Assembly: GCF_947036865.1 (NCBI RefSeq)
Contig: NZ_CAMQSF010000018.1
Coordinates: 976 to 64,975, forward strand
Length of the DNA stretch: 64,000 nt
From: an uncultured Caulobacter sp.
GTDB taxonomy: Bacteria > Pseudomonadota > Alphaproteobacteria > Caulobacterales > Caulobacteraceae
Reading direction: 5' to 3'
The notes beneath the pieces were generated by a model. That model was not told the origin of the DNA. It searched no databases and saw only the letters and a program-made list of their open reading frames with translations. A program made the translations under genes and the position numbers. The stretch's first letter is position 1. The number at the start of each line of letters is the position of its first letter. This document shows positions 49,271 to 59,015 of the stretch, in pieces.

Positions 49271-50323
49271 CTAGGACAGCGGCGACCATTCCTCGCCCGC
49301 CGGCAGGGGCGCGAAGATCTCGTCGAGCATAGCGTCCGACACGCCCTCCAGCGTGGCCGGGTTCCACTTCGGGGCGTTGTCCTTGTCGACGATCACCGCC
49401 CGCACGCCCTCGATGAAGTCGTGCTTCATCACCACCCGCGAGCCGATCCGGTACTCCATGGCCATGTTGTCGGCGAAGTCGGTCATGGCCGCGCCGCGCT
49501 TCAGCTGCTCGAAGGCGACCTTCAGCGTCTGTGGCGACTTGGTCTTCATGACCTCCAGCTGGGCCTTGCCCCAGTCGCTGGAGTCGAGGGTCAGGAACTC
49601 GACGATTTCCTCGACGCTCTCCCCGACGAACAGGCGGTTGAGATCCTGTTCGAAGCCCAGCAGCGAGGCCTTGCCGGCGTCGGCCCGGTACTTGCGCAGG
49701 GTCTCGTCGATGCGGCGGGGGTCGGCGATGATCGCCTTCTTCAGCCCCTCGGTCGCGCCGAACTCGACGAAGTGGGTGGCGATCCCCAGGCGCATGCAGT
49801 CCGCGCCCTTCAGCCGCGCGCCGGTCAGGGCGAGCCAAAGCCCCGCCTTGCCCGGCAGGCGCGGCAGGTACCAGCCGCCGCCGACATCGGGGAACAGGCC
49901 GATGCCGGTCTCGGGCATGGCGAAGGTCGTGCGCTCGGTGGCGATCCGGACGTGCGCCGGCATCGAGATCCCGACCCCGCCGCCCATGACGACGCCGTCC
50001 ATCACCGCCACGACCGGCGTCTCGTAGGTGAACAGCAGGTGGTTCAGCTGATACTCGGTGTGGAAGAACCGCCGGGCCTCGACGCCGTCCTTGGCGCCGC
50101 TGTCGGCCAGCATGCGGATGTCGCCGCCGGCGCAGAAGCCGCGCTCGCCCGCGTGGTCGATCAGGACCATGTAGATCTCGGGATCGTCGGCCCAGTCCAG
50201 CAGCGCGCCGATCATCGTCTCGCACATGGAGAGGGTCAGGGCGTGCAGCGCCTTCGGGCGATTGAGCGTGATACGGCCGACATTCTTCTCGACGCGGATC
50301 AGGACTTCGGGCTCTTCGGTCAT
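49271..50323 (-). CDS. 3-hydroxyisobutyryl-CoA hydrolase (enoyl-CoA hydratase/isomerase family)
   Basis: GRITLNRPKALHALTLSMC..RGFCAGGDIR..MDGVVMGGGVGIS. A 350-aa HIBCH-type length. Confidence 0.85.
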   Translation of the reverse strand: MTEEPEVLIRVEKNVGRITLNRPKALHALTLSMCETMIGALLDWADDPEIYMVLIDHAGERGFCAGGDIRMLADSGAKDGVEARRFFHTEYQLNHLLFTYETPVVAVMDGVVMGGGVGISMPAHVRIATERTTFAMPETGIGLFPDVGGGWYLPRLPGKAGLWLALTGARLKGADCMRLGIATHFVEFGATEGLKKAIIADPRRIDETLRKYRADAGKASLLGFEQDLNRLFVGESVEEIVEFLTLDSSDWGKAQLEVMKTKSPQTLKVAFEQLKRGAAMTDFADNMAMEYRIGSRVVMKHDFIEGVRAVIVDKDNAPKWNPATLEGVSDAMLDEIFAPLPAGEEWSPLS

Positions 50324-50330
50324 GGGGGTC

Positions 50331-50930
50331 CTAGACGGGTTCGGCGACGGGGGCGCAGTCGAAGCGGTCGATCTGGCCGCCCTTCAGGCGATAGACGGCG
50401 TCTTGCGGGATATCCTGCGCCAGGGTCTCGGCCTTGGAGAGCCCGGCATAGAGGCCCCGCAGCAGCCGGCCGGCCACGCCGTGGCTGACCACGATCAGCC
50501 GACGCTCGGGTTCCGGGGCCTGCTCGCTCAGCCAGTCGCTCAAGCGGGCGATCATGACTTCATAGGTCTCGCCGCCCGGCGCGTGGAAGCCCCAGGCGTC
50601 GTCGCCGAGAAGGTGAGGGTTCTCGCCCCTCACCTCCTCCCGCAGCCGGTTGGACCATTCGCCGACGTCGATCTCCACCAAGCGCTCGTCCGTCGCCACG
50701 GGCAGCCCGAGGCGCGCGCCGATCGTCTCGGCCGTGTCCCGCGCCCGCCGCAAGGGGCTGGCGACGATCCGCCAGTCGGCGGGAGGCTCGCGCGAGATCA
50801 GGTCGAACAGCAGATCGCCCATCGCCGCCGCCTGGGCCCTGCCCAGCGGGGTAAGGTCCGACTCCAGCCGGCCCTGAAGCCGACCCTCGCGATTGTGGAA
50901 GGTCTGGCCGTGGCGGCAGAGATAGATCAT
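50331..50930 (-). CDS. Histidine phosphatase family protein
   Basis: [20 protein letters not shown] contains the RHG catalytic motif. ..VSHG is also present. Confidence 0.8.
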   Translation of the reverse strand: MIYLCRHGQTFHNREGRLQGRLESDLTPLGRAQAAAMGDLLFDLISREPPADWRIVASPLRRARDTAETIGARLGLPVATDERLVEIDVGEWSNRLREEVRGENPHLLGDDAWGFHAPGGETYEVMIARLSDWLSEQAPEPERRLIVVSHGVAGRLLRGLYAGLSKAETLAQDIPQDAVYRLKGGQIDRFDCAPVAEPV

Positions 50931-51409
50931 CGAACGCTCGTTCCTCTCGTCGCGTAGGCCAGCTTCGTATAGGCGACCGCCGCGAAAAGGAATGACGCCC
51001 CGATGCCGATGAGGACCAGCCAGTTGGGCGGATAGGTCCAGGAATTGGCCTCGAACGGCGTGATGTTCATCGGCGGCTCCAGCGCGGCCTCGATGATGCT
51101 ATAGGCTTGGTGCGCGAACTTCAGGATGACCGGCGGCCCGGCGACAAGCAGCGGGAACGCCCTCTCCCGCGCCAACAGCCTCGTCAGCCACCAGCCGAGG
51201 ACGATGAACGGAGAGCCGATCAGTCCGATGAGGCCAACGCCCATCAGCAATTCCGGCGCGGACACCTCCCCCATCCTAAAAACGCTATCCGCATCGAGCC
51301 CCTGGCGAAACCCGGCCACGAAATACATGGTCAGGACCAGACAAACGCCCAGCAAGAGAGCGGACACCGCCAGCGCGATCCAGGACCACGGCGGGCGGCC
51401 TGACGTCAT
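50927..51409 (-). CDS. Hypothetical integral membrane protein
   Basis: 160 aa with about four hydrophobic segments. Has 4-nt overlaps with both neighbours. No family recognised. Confidence 0.55.
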   Translation of the reverse strand: MTSGRPPWSWIALAVSALLLGVCLVLTMYFVAGFRQGLDADSVFRMGEVSAPELLMGVGLIGLIGSPFIVLGWWLTRLLARERAFPLLVAGPPVILKFAHQAYSIIEAALEPPMNITPFEANSWTYPPNWLVLIGIGASFLFAAVAYTKLAYATRGTSVR

Positions 51410-52545
51410 TGCCGGAACATCTCGCGGGCGATGATGACGCGCATGATCTCGTTGGTGCCTTCCAGGATCTGGTGCACCCGCAGGTCGCGCACGAGGCGCT
51501 CTAGCGGATAGTCCTGCAGGTAGCCGTAGCCGCCGTGCAGCTGCAAGGCGTCATTGGCCACCTGGAAGCCGGCGTCGGTGGCGAAGCGCTTAGCCATGGC
51601 GCACAGCTTGGTCGCCTCGGGATGGCGGCTGTCCAGCGCGTGGGCCGCGCGGCGCACCATCAGGCGGGCGGCCTCCAACTCGGTGGCCATGTCGGCCAGC
51701 TTGAACTGCAGGGCCTGGAAGTCCTTCAGAGGCCGTCCGAACTGGTTGCGCGTCTCCAGATAGGCCTTGGCCGTATCGAGCGCGAACTGGGCGCCGCCCA
51801 GCGAGCACGAGGCGATGTTCAGCCGCCCGCCGTCCAGGCCCATCATCGCGAAGCGGAAGCCCTCGCCTTCCTGGCCGATGCGGTTCTCGACCGGCACGCG
51901 GCAGTTGTCGAAATTGACCTGGGCGGTCGGCTGGGCGTTCCAGCCCATCTTGCGCTCGTTGGCGCCGAAGCTCAGGCCCTCCATGCCCTTCTCGACCACG
52001 AAGGCCGAGACGCCCTTGGCGCCGTCGCCGCCGGTCCGGGCCATCACGACATAGACGTCCGACACCCCGCCGCCCGAGATGAAGGCCTTACCGCCGTTCA
52101 GCACATAATGGTCGCCGTCCAGCTTGGCCGTCGTGCGCATCGCCGCCGCGTCCGAGCCCGAGCCCGGCTCGGTCAGGCAGTAGCTGGCGATCAGCTCCAT
52201 GCTGGTCAGGCGCGGCAGGTAGCGCTGGCGCAGGTCGTCCGAGCCGAAGCGATCGATCATCCACGAGGCCATGTTGTGGATGGTCAGGTAGGCCGCCACC
52301 GGCACGTCGCCGTAGCTCAGGGCCTCGAAGATGATCGAGGCGTCCAGCCGCGACAGGCCGCTGCCGCCGACGTCCTCGTTCACATAGATCCCGGCGAAGC
52401 CGAGTTCGGCGGCCTGACGCAGCACATCGACCGGGAAATGCTTCTGCTCGTCCCACTCGGCGGAATGCGGGGCAAGCTGTCCCTCCGCGAACGCGCGAGC
52501 CGCGTCCTGGATCGCGACCTGGTCTTCGTTCAGCGCGAAATCCAT
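51406..52545 (-). CDS. Acyl-CoA dehydrogenase (isobutyryl-CoA dehydrogenase-like)
   Basis: ORF trimmed to ATG 52545 (GGAAGGAAG upstream): [20 protein letters not shown]... ACAD signatures [12 protein letters not shown] and QLHGGYGY. Confidence 0.9.
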   Translation of the reverse strand: MDFALNEDQVAIQDAARAFAEGQLAPHSAEWDEQKHFPVDVLRQAAELGFAGIYVNEDVGGSGLSRLDASIIFEALSYGDVPVAAYLTIHNMASWMIDRFGSDDLRQRYLPRLTSMELIASYCLTEPGSGSDAAAMRTTAKLDGDHYVLNGGKAFISGGGVSDVYVVMARTGGDGAKGVSAFVVEKGMEGLSFGANERKMGWNAQPTAQVNFDNCRVPVENRIGQEGEGFRFAMMGLDGGRLNIASCSLGGAQFALDTAKAYLETRNQFGRPLKDFQALQFKLADMATELEAARLMVRRAAHALDSRHPEATKLCAMAKRFATDAGFQVANDALQLHGGYGYLQDYPLERLVRDLRVHQILEGTNEIMRVIIAREMFRQ

Positions 52546-52793
52546 GCGCACTTCCTTCCCATTCGGGGCAGAACCCGCCCTCGCCTTCTTGGCCGCTGAG
52601 GTGACGCGCCAGGGGCCGACTGTCAATCGTGCCGCGACGTCTTTCCGGCGCGTGGAGCGGGTGTGACCTGAAATCCTCCGTTACACGACTTGAATCGGCC
52701 GCGGCGCCACACCCTCTTGATAATCAAGATCATTCGCTCCAAATCCCGTCGCTCGGGAAGGCGTCCCCTCACAATCCTATTGCTCCATCGACT

Positions 52794-53258
52794 ATGCGTT
52801 TCGTGAAACTTGCACTGACCGCCTGCGGGGCGGCCCTGGCGGTGGCGGCGGCCACGACTCCGGCCCAGGCGGCCGGCGGCGGCGACATCGCGCGCAGCTA
52901 TGGCGTCTGGCGCAATCCGCACAACACCGTGCACCTGGAAATCAAGGACTGCGGCCCCAGCACCTGCGGCGTCGTCGTCTGGGCCAGCCCCAAGGCCGAG
53001 GCCGACGCGCGCAAGTCGGGCACGGACACCCTGATCGGCAAGCAGCTGCTGCGCGACTTCGAGACGCAACGCGACGGCTCGATGAAGGGCCGCGTCTGGG
53101 TGCCGACCCTGAAGGTCACGCTGGTCGGCTCGGCCGACATCGTGGACTCGCGCACCATGCGGGCCCGAGGCTGCGTGATCGGCAACTTCCTGTGCAAGTC
53201 GCAGCTTTGGACCCGCATCGACAGCCCGTCGATGCTGGCGGATCGCACCGCGCCGTAA
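52794..53258 (+). CDS. DUF2147 domain-containing secreted protein
   Basis: ORF trimmed to ATG 52794: signal MRFVKLALTACGAALAVAAATTPAQA, then GVWRN..CGPSTCGVVVW..GKQLLRDF..GCVIGNFLCKSQLWTR. Confidence 0.8.
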   Translation: MRFVKLALTACGAALAVAAATTPAQAAGGGDIARSYGVWRNPHNTVHLEIKDCGPSTCGVVVWASPKAEADARKSGTDTLIGKQLLRDFETQRDGSMKGRVWVPTLKVTLVGSADIVDSRTMRARGCVIGNFLCKSQLWTRIDSPSMLADRTAP

Positions 53259-53396
53259 GACGCCCTCGGGCGGTCGAAAACACCGCTTGATTCAGCGCAA
53301 ACGGCGCACCACCCTCCAAGTGTACGTTGATCACCTAGGCGTCCGCAGAGACGCCGCGTCAACGCGGCCGCCCGACGGCCAGCATGGGAGGAACGC

Positions 53397-54896
53397 ATGA
53401 CCGAAGCGGCGACGCTTCCAAAGACCGCGCCCGACGCGGCCACGCGGCATTTCGACGTCATCATCGTCGGCGCGGGCATATCGGGGATCGGCAGCGCCTA
53501 TCATCTCCAGACCCAGCGGCCTGGAACGACCTTCGCCATCCTCGAAGCGCTGGACGACTTCGGCGGCACCTGGCGGACCCACACCTATCCGGGCATTCGG
53601 TCCGACAGCGACCTCTACACCTTCGGCTATCGCTTCAAGCCCTGGGTCGGCCCGCCGATCGCCACCGCGGCCGAGATCCTGAGCTATATGGGCGAGGTGA
53701 TCGCCGAGAACGATCTGGCCCGCCATATCCGCTACCGCCGTCGCATCGAAAGCGCCCGCTGGTCGTCGGACAAGAAGCTGTGGACGCTGGAGGTCACCGG
53801 CCCGGACGGCCTGGAGACCTACACCACCAACTTCCTGTGGATGTGCCAGGGCTATTACCGGCACGCCATGGGCTACACGCCCGACTGGCCGGGGATGAAC
53901 GACTACAAGGGTCGCATCGTCCACCCGCAGACCTGGCCCAAGGACCTCGACCTGAAGGACAAGAAGGTCGTGGTCATCGGCTCGGGCGCCACCGCCGCGA
54001 CCCTGGTCCCCAACATCGCCGGCGACTGCGCGCATCTGACCCTGCTGCAGCGCTCGCCGACCTATTTCGTGCCCGGCCGCAACGAGAACGATCTGGCCAA
54101 CACCCTGCGCCAGTTGCAGGTCGACGAGACCTGGATCCACGAGATCGTCCGCCGCAAGGCCCTGTTCGACCAGCACGACTTCACCCGCCGCTCTATCGAG
54201 GAGCCGGAGGCCGTCAAGGCCGAGCTGCTGGAGGGCGTGAAGATGTTCCTCGGCCCCGACTTCGACATCGAAAAGCACTTCACGCCCCGCTACCGCCCCT
54301 GGCGCCAGCGGATCGCCTTCGTGCCCGACGGCGACCTCTTCCAGGGCATCGCCTCGGGCAAGGCCTCGGTGGTCACCGACGAGATCGAGCGCTTCACCGA
54401 AACCGGGATCCTGCTGAAGTCCGGGCAGACGCTGGAGGCCGACGTGATCGTCACGGCGACCGGCTTCGACCTCAGCGTGCTGGGCGACATCGCCTTCGAG
54501 GTCGACGGCCAGCCCCTCGACTTCGCCAAGACGGTCACCTATCGCGGCATGATGTTCACCGGCCTGCCGAACCTCGTCTGGGTGTTCGGCTATTTCCGCG
54601 CCAGCTGGACCCTGCGCGCCGACATGATCGGCGACTTCGTCTGTCGCCTGCTGGCCCACATGCAGGAGAAGGGCGCCAAGCAGGTCGAGGTCGCGCTGCG
54701 GCCGCAGGACGCCGACATGAAGATCGGTCCGTGGATCGATCCCGAGGACTTCAATCCCGGCTATCTGATGCGCGGCATGCACCTCCTGCCCCAGGCCGGC
54801 GACAAGCCCGAATGGCGTCACACCCAGGACTATTGGACCGAGAAGGATGTGTTTCCGGCTATCGACCTGGACGACGCGGCCTTCCGCTATTCGTGA
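53397..54896 (+). CDS. FAD-dependent (Baeyer-Villiger/EthA-type) monooxygenase
   Basis: DVIIVGAGISGIG (FAD), FGGTWRTHTYPGIRSDS, YKGRIVHPQTWP (BVMO-fingerprint-like), VVVIGSGATA (NADPH). Confidence 0.85.
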   Translation: MTEAATLPKTAPDAATRHFDVIIVGAGISGIGSAYHLQTQRPGTTFAILEALDDFGGTWRTHTYPGIRSDSDLYTFGYRFKPWVGPPIATAAEILSYMGEVIAENDLARHIRYRRRIESARWSSDKKLWTLEVTGPDGLETYTTNFLWMCQGYYRHAMGYTPDWPGMNDYKGRIVHPQTWPKDLDLKDKKVVVIGSGATAATLVPNIAGDCAHLTLLQRSPTYFVPGRNENDLANTLRQLQVDETWIHEIVRRKALFDQHDFTRRSIEEPEAVKAELLEGVKMFLGPDFDIEKHFTPRYRPWRQRIAFVPDGDLFQGIASGKASVVTDEIERFTETGILLKSGQTLEADVIVTATGFDLSVLGDIAFEVDGQPLDFAKTVTYRGMMFTGLPNLVWVFGYFRASWTLRADMIGDFVCRLLAHMQEKGAKQVEVALRPQDADMKIGPWIDPEDFNPGYLMRGMHLLPQAGDKPEWRHTQDYWTEKDVFPAIDLDDAAFRYS

Positions 54897-54952
54897 GCCT
54901 TAAGGGGGCCGGCGACCTTGCCTCGCGCGGCGGCGCGGTTCAAATCAGCGCC

Positions 54953-55957
54953 ATGACCGTGCCGCCCCTCGCTCCCTATCCGCACTCGCGCCTGCGCCGC
55001 CTGCGCCAGACCGACTGGACCCGCCGCCTCGTCCGCGAGAGCGAGGTGCGGCCGTCCGACTTGATCTGGTCGATGGTGGTGCACGAGGGCGAAGGCACGA
55101 TCCCCGTCGCCTCGATGCCCGGCGTCGAGCGCCTCTCGGTCAAGGACGCCGCCAAGGCCGCCGTGCGCGCCCGCGACCTGGGCATCCCGGCCATCGCCAT
55201 CTTTCCGCACATCGACGGCGCCCGGAAGGACGCGGCCGGCTCGATCGCCGCCGACCCGGACGGCGTCATCCCGCGCGCGGTCAAGGCCATGAAGGACGCC
55301 GCCCCCGAGGTCGGGATCATGTGCGACGTGGCGCTGGACCCTTTCACCGACCACGGTCACGACGGCGTTGTCGAGGGCGGCAAGATCCTCAACGACGCCA
55401 CCATCGACCGCCTGATCGAACAGGGCCTGATGCAGGCGGAAGCCGGGGCCGACATCCTCGCCCCGTCCGACATGATGGACGGCCGCATCGGCAAGCTGCG
55501 CGCGGCGCTGGAGGCCGCCAGCCACCAGGACGTGATGATCATGTCCTACGCGGCCAAGTACGCCTCGGCCTTCTACGGCCCGTACCGCGACGCGATCGGC
55601 TCGGCGAAGCTCGCGGGCGGCCAGGGCGACAAGAAGACCTACCAGATGGACCCGGCCAACACCGAGGAAGCCATCCGCGAGGTCGCCCTCGACATCGCCG
55701 AGGGCGCCGACATGGTCATGGTCAAGCCGGGCATGCCGTATCTCGACATCGTCCGCCGCCTGGTCGAGACCTTCCGCATGCCGACCTACGCCTTCCAGGT
55801 GTCGGGCGAGTACGCGATGATCATGGCCGCCGCCCAGAACGGCTGGATCGACAAGGACCGCGCCATCCTGGAGAGCCTGACCGCCTTCAAGCGCGCCGGC
55901 GCGGCCGGGATCATCACCTATTTCGCGCCCTGGGCGGCGGAACGCCTCGGCGCTTGA
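54953..55957 (+). CDS. hemB: Porphobilinogen synthase (delta-aminolevulinate dehydratase)
   Basis: In-frame ATG at 54953 inside chimeric ORF 53384..55957: MTVPPLAPYPHSRLRRLRQTDWTRRLVRESEV..MVKPGMPYLDIV..YQVSGEYAM. Confidence 0.9.
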   Translation: MTVPPLAPYPHSRLRRLRQTDWTRRLVRESEVRPSDLIWSMVVHEGEGTIPVASMPGVERLSVKDAAKAAVRARDLGIPAIAIFPHIDGARKDAAGSIAADPDGVIPRAVKAMKDAAPEVGIMCDVALDPFTDHGHDGVVEGGKILNDATIDRLIEQGLMQAEAGADILAPSDMMDGRIGKLRAALEAASHQDVMIMSYAAKYASAFYGPYRDAIGSAKLAGGQGDKKTYQMDPANTEEAIREVALDIAEGADMVMVKPGMPYLDIVRRLVETFRMPTYAFQVSGEYAMIMAAAQNGWIDKDRAILESLTAFKRAGAAGIITYFAPWAAERLGA

Positions 55958-56349
55958 CCCGCGTCCTCGACATCGTCACCGCCGTGATCCGCGACGAGGC
56001 CGGCCGCCTGCTGCTGGTGCGCAAGCGCGGAACCACGACCTTCATGAAGCCCGGCGGCAAGCGCGACGCCGGCGAGGACGATCTGACCACCCTGGCCCGC
56101 GAGCTCGAGGAGGAGCTGGGCTGCCGGCTGGTCGCCGCCGAGCTGCTGGGCCATTTCAGCGCCCCGGCCGCCAACGAGGCCGGGTTCACCGTCCAGTCGG
56201 CGACCTATCTGGCGACCGTGGAAGGCGACATCGCGCCCCGCGCGGAGATCGAGGAAATCCGCTGGACGGATCCGGCGGCGCCCGGCGACCTGCGCCTGGC
56301 GCCGCTGCTGACGGAGCAGGTGCTTCCGGCGCTACTTCATCGTCCTTAG
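55954..56349 (+). CDS. NUDIX hydrolase
   Basis: Nudix box GGKRDAGEDDLTTLARELEEELG. Putative TTG start overlaps the hemB stop (TTGA). A GTG at 55984 is an alternative. Confidence 0.75.
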   Translation: MTRVLDIVTAVIRDEAGRLLLVRKRGTTTFMKPGGKRDAGEDDLTTLARELEEELGCRLVAAELLGHFSAPAANEAGFTVQSATYLATVEGDIAPRAEIEEIRWTDPAAPGDLRLAPLLTEQVLPALLHRP

Positions 56350-57366
56350 AAACTTGATCAGGGGCGTGAAATAGGCCTCCTGATCGTCGTACATCGCCAG
56401 GTGCGAGCCGTTCGGCGCCAGGGCGTACTGGCCCTTGGGCAGCTTCTTGGCCATGGCGGCCATGTAGGCTGGATCCATGGTGTCGTACTTGGCGGCGATG
56501 ACCAGGGTCGGGACGTTGATCTTGGCCAGGTCCTCGAAGCGATCCCAGTTCACCAGGCGCCCGCCCGCGCCCAGTTCGCTAGGCCCCTGCATCAGCGAAT
56601 AGAGCTCATAGTTCAGGTGCGAGAACGAGCGCACGACCGGCTCGGGCCATTCGGACTGCGGGCGCCGCAGGATATGTTTCTCATAGTGCATGGGGACCAG
56701 GATCTCCATGTAGCGGGGATCGGTGGTCTTGCCGGAGGCCTCGATCGCCTTCACCTCGGCCAGCAGCTTCTGGTCCATCTGCGGGGCCAACACCTTGTCG
56801 GCGTAAGCCTGGTAGGCCGGGATCGAAGCCACCATGTTCGAGATGACCATGCACTTCAGGTTGGCCTGGTATTTCAGCGCGTATTCCATGGCCAGGATGC
56901 CGCCCCAGCTGTGGCCCAGGACGCAGAAGTTGTCGCGCGTCAGGCCCAGGCTCTTGCGGACCTGCTCCACCTCCTCGACGAACCGATCCAGCTGCCAGAG
57001 GTCGGTGTCCGTGGGCTTGTCGCTGTTTCCCGAGCCCAGCTGGTCGTAATAGATGTACTCGACGCCCTCGCGCGGCAGGTAGCTGTCGAAAACCTCGAAA
57101 TATTCATGCGTCGCGCCCGGCCCGCCGTGCAGCAACAGGAGTTTCAGCTTCGGATTATTGCCGACCCGCTTGGTCCAGACGCGGAACTTGCCCTTGGGCG
57201 TGTCGATGTCGACCATCTTGACGCCGCCCTGCCAGGCGTCGGCCCGGCCGGTGTTATCGTAGTAGCTGGCTGGCGGCGTCTGGCGCGCCATAGCCGGCGA
57301 GCCCGCCAAGCCCAGCGCCCCCGCCAGGGCCAGCGCGGCCATGGCGGCCGTAATCAATCTCCGCAT
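56332..57366 (-). CDS. Proline iminopeptidase-family alpha/beta hydrolase, secreted
   Basis: Signal peptide, LLLHGGPGATHEYF, nucleophile elbow GHSWGG. Confidence 0.85.
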   Translation of the reverse strand: MRRLITAAMAALALAGALGLAGSPAMARQTPPASYYDNTGRADAWQGGVKMVDIDTPKGKFRVWTKRVGNNPKLKLLLLHGGPGATHEYFEVFDSYLPREGVEYIYYDQLGSGNSDKPTDTDLWQLDRFVEEVEQVRKSLGLTRDNFCVLGHSWGGILAMEYALKYQANLKCMVISNMVASIPAYQAYADKVLAPQMDQKLLAEVKAIEASGKTTDPRYMEILVPMHYEKHILRRPQSEWPEPVVRSFSHLNYELYSLMQGPSELGAGGRLVNWDRFEDLAKINVPTLVIAAKYDTMDPAYMAAMAKKLPKGQYALAPNGSHLAMYDDQEAYFTPLIKFLRTMK

Positions 57367-57420
57367 GTCGTCCCCCTCGGATGCCTACGGCGCGCGAGCA
57401 TGCCCGAGGATGGCGGCGGG

Positions 57421-58029
57421 TCAAGCCGGGCGGACGGCGGCGCTCAGCCGGCCCTGGATCAGCTCCAGCGCCATCTCGCGCGGGCGGCCCGGCGGGCGGC
57501 CCAGAAGCTCGGCCAGGGTCGGGCCGAACAGCCCCACCCCCACGGCCAGCACGATATTCAGCAGGATGAAGTCGATCACCGTCTCGCGCGGCACGGCCAG
57601 ATCCTTGGCCAGCCGCGTCTCGACCACCCGGTCGACGACCTCGCGCACAAGGGTCATGCGCCGCCCCTCGCCCGTCATTTCCAGCCACGCCGCCAGCCGC
57701 GCCGCGCCCTTGGCTTCGAAGGCCTCGAACAGGGCCTGGGCCCCGAACCCCGGCGTCGCGTCTCCGGAGTCGAAGCCGGTGATCACCCGGTCCGCCAGGC
57801 TCTGGATCATCCGCTCCATCAGCGCCGTCTCGACCCCGCCGATCGAGCCGAAGTGGTGGATGACATTGGCGTGCACGACTCCGGCGGCCTTGGCCACGTC
57901 GGCCAGCTTGAGCGCCTGCGGCCCCTGCTCGACCAGGATCGCCTCGGCGGCGGCCAGGATGTTCTCGCGCGCCGCCTCGGGCGAGCGGCGGACGCGGGTC
58001 TTCGGAGCGGGCGACGACTCTATTGACAT
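57421..58029 (-). CDS. TetR-family transcriptional regulator
   Basis: ARENILAAAEAILVEQGPQALKLADVAKAAGVVHANVIHHFGS HTH region. Confidence 0.85.
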   Translation of the reverse strand: MSIESSPAPKTRVRRSPEAARENILAAAEAILVEQGPQALKLADVAKAAGVVHANVIHHFGSIGGVETALMERMIQSLADRVITGFDSGDATPGFGAQALFEAFEAKGAARLAAWLEMTGEGRRMTLVREVVDRVVETRLAKDLAVPRETVIDFILLNIVLAVGVGLFGPTLAELLGRPPGRPREMALELIQGRLSAAVRPA

Positions 58030-58102
58030 TTTTGTCAGTATAACTCACTCTGCGCCTAACGACAGGCTGACCCAGCCCTAATCCGGCGGAGCGCGAAACG
58101 CC

Positions 58103-58945
58103 ATGACCGACACCAAGACCACCCCGACCGACCTCGACGTCAAGCCGCGCGACATCAGCTTCGCGCTGGAGGACGCCCGCAAAGGCCACTGGCTGGGCGG
58201 CGACCCCGTGGGCACGGCGGTGTTCAACGCCCTGTCCCTGACCTTCCCCGACGGCGAGCGGCTGTTCATGGACGCGGTCAAGAACTACCGCCACCTGCTG
58301 AGCGGCAAGCTGCTGGACGACGCCAAGGGCTTCATCGCCCAGGAAGCCATCCACTCGCGCGAACACCATCAGCTGAACAGCCTAATCGACCGCGACCGCT
58401 ATCCGGTGGCCGAGATCGAGGACATGGTTCGCCAGCGCGTCAAGTTCGCCCGCGAGCGCGGCAAGATGGCGATGCTGGTCTCGACCATCGCGCTCGAGCA
58501 CTTCACGGCCATGATGGCCGAGATGCACGCCCGCCACCGCGACCTGTTCGACGACACCCCGCCCGGCGTCGAGCAGCTGTGGCGCTGGCACGCGATGGAA
58601 GAGACCGAGCACAAGGCCGTGGCCTATGACGTCTTCCTGCAGGCGACCAAGGACTGGTCGCCGCTGAAACGCTACATGGTCCGCTGCCGGGCGATGGTCT
58701 TCGTGACGATCATGTTCACCCGCAACATCAGCCGCTACGCCGCCCGCCTGCTGGAGGCCGACGGCTATACGCCCGAGGCGGCGCTGAAGGCCGTCAAGCG
58801 GTTCGTCTGGGGCGATCCGGGCATCTTCCGGCGTGGCTGGAAGACCTATTTCGCCTGGTACCGCCCCGGCTTCCATCCGTGGGATCAGGACGACCGCGAA
58901 GCCTTCGCCGACTGGAAGGCCGAGTTCGACGCGGCGGTCGCCTAG
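58103..58945 (+). CDS. Predicted metal-dependent hydrolase (PF10118-like)
   Basis: FNALSLTFPDGERLFMDAV..FIAQEAIHSREH..WHAMEETEHKAVAYDV. Divergent from the TetR gene. Confidence 0.8.
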   Translation: MTDTKTTPTDLDVKPRDISFALEDARKGHWLGGDPVGTAVFNALSLTFPDGERLFMDAVKNYRHLLSGKLLDDAKGFIAQEAIHSREHHQLNSLIDRDRYPVAEIEDMVRQRVKFARERGKMAMLVSTIALEHFTAMMAEMHARHRDLFDDTPPGVEQLWRWHAMEETEHKAVAYDVFLQATKDWSPLKRYMVRCRAMVFVTIMFTRNISRYAARLLEADGYTPEAALKAVKRFVWGDPGIFRRGWKTYFAWYRPGFHPWDQDDREAFADWKAEFDAAVA

Positions 58946-59015
58946 CCAGGAAAAGCCTCGCATTGTAGTGTCGGGTCGTCGACGCGCATAACTTGCGCGG
59001 CTTGGGGGGCTCGAC

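Noticed and set aside
53384-54952. N-terminal 523 codons of the 857-aa ORF 53384..55957
   Set aside because: This part is an alternative frame overlapping the monooxygenase gene. Only the segment from ATG 54953 matches porphobilinogen synthase.
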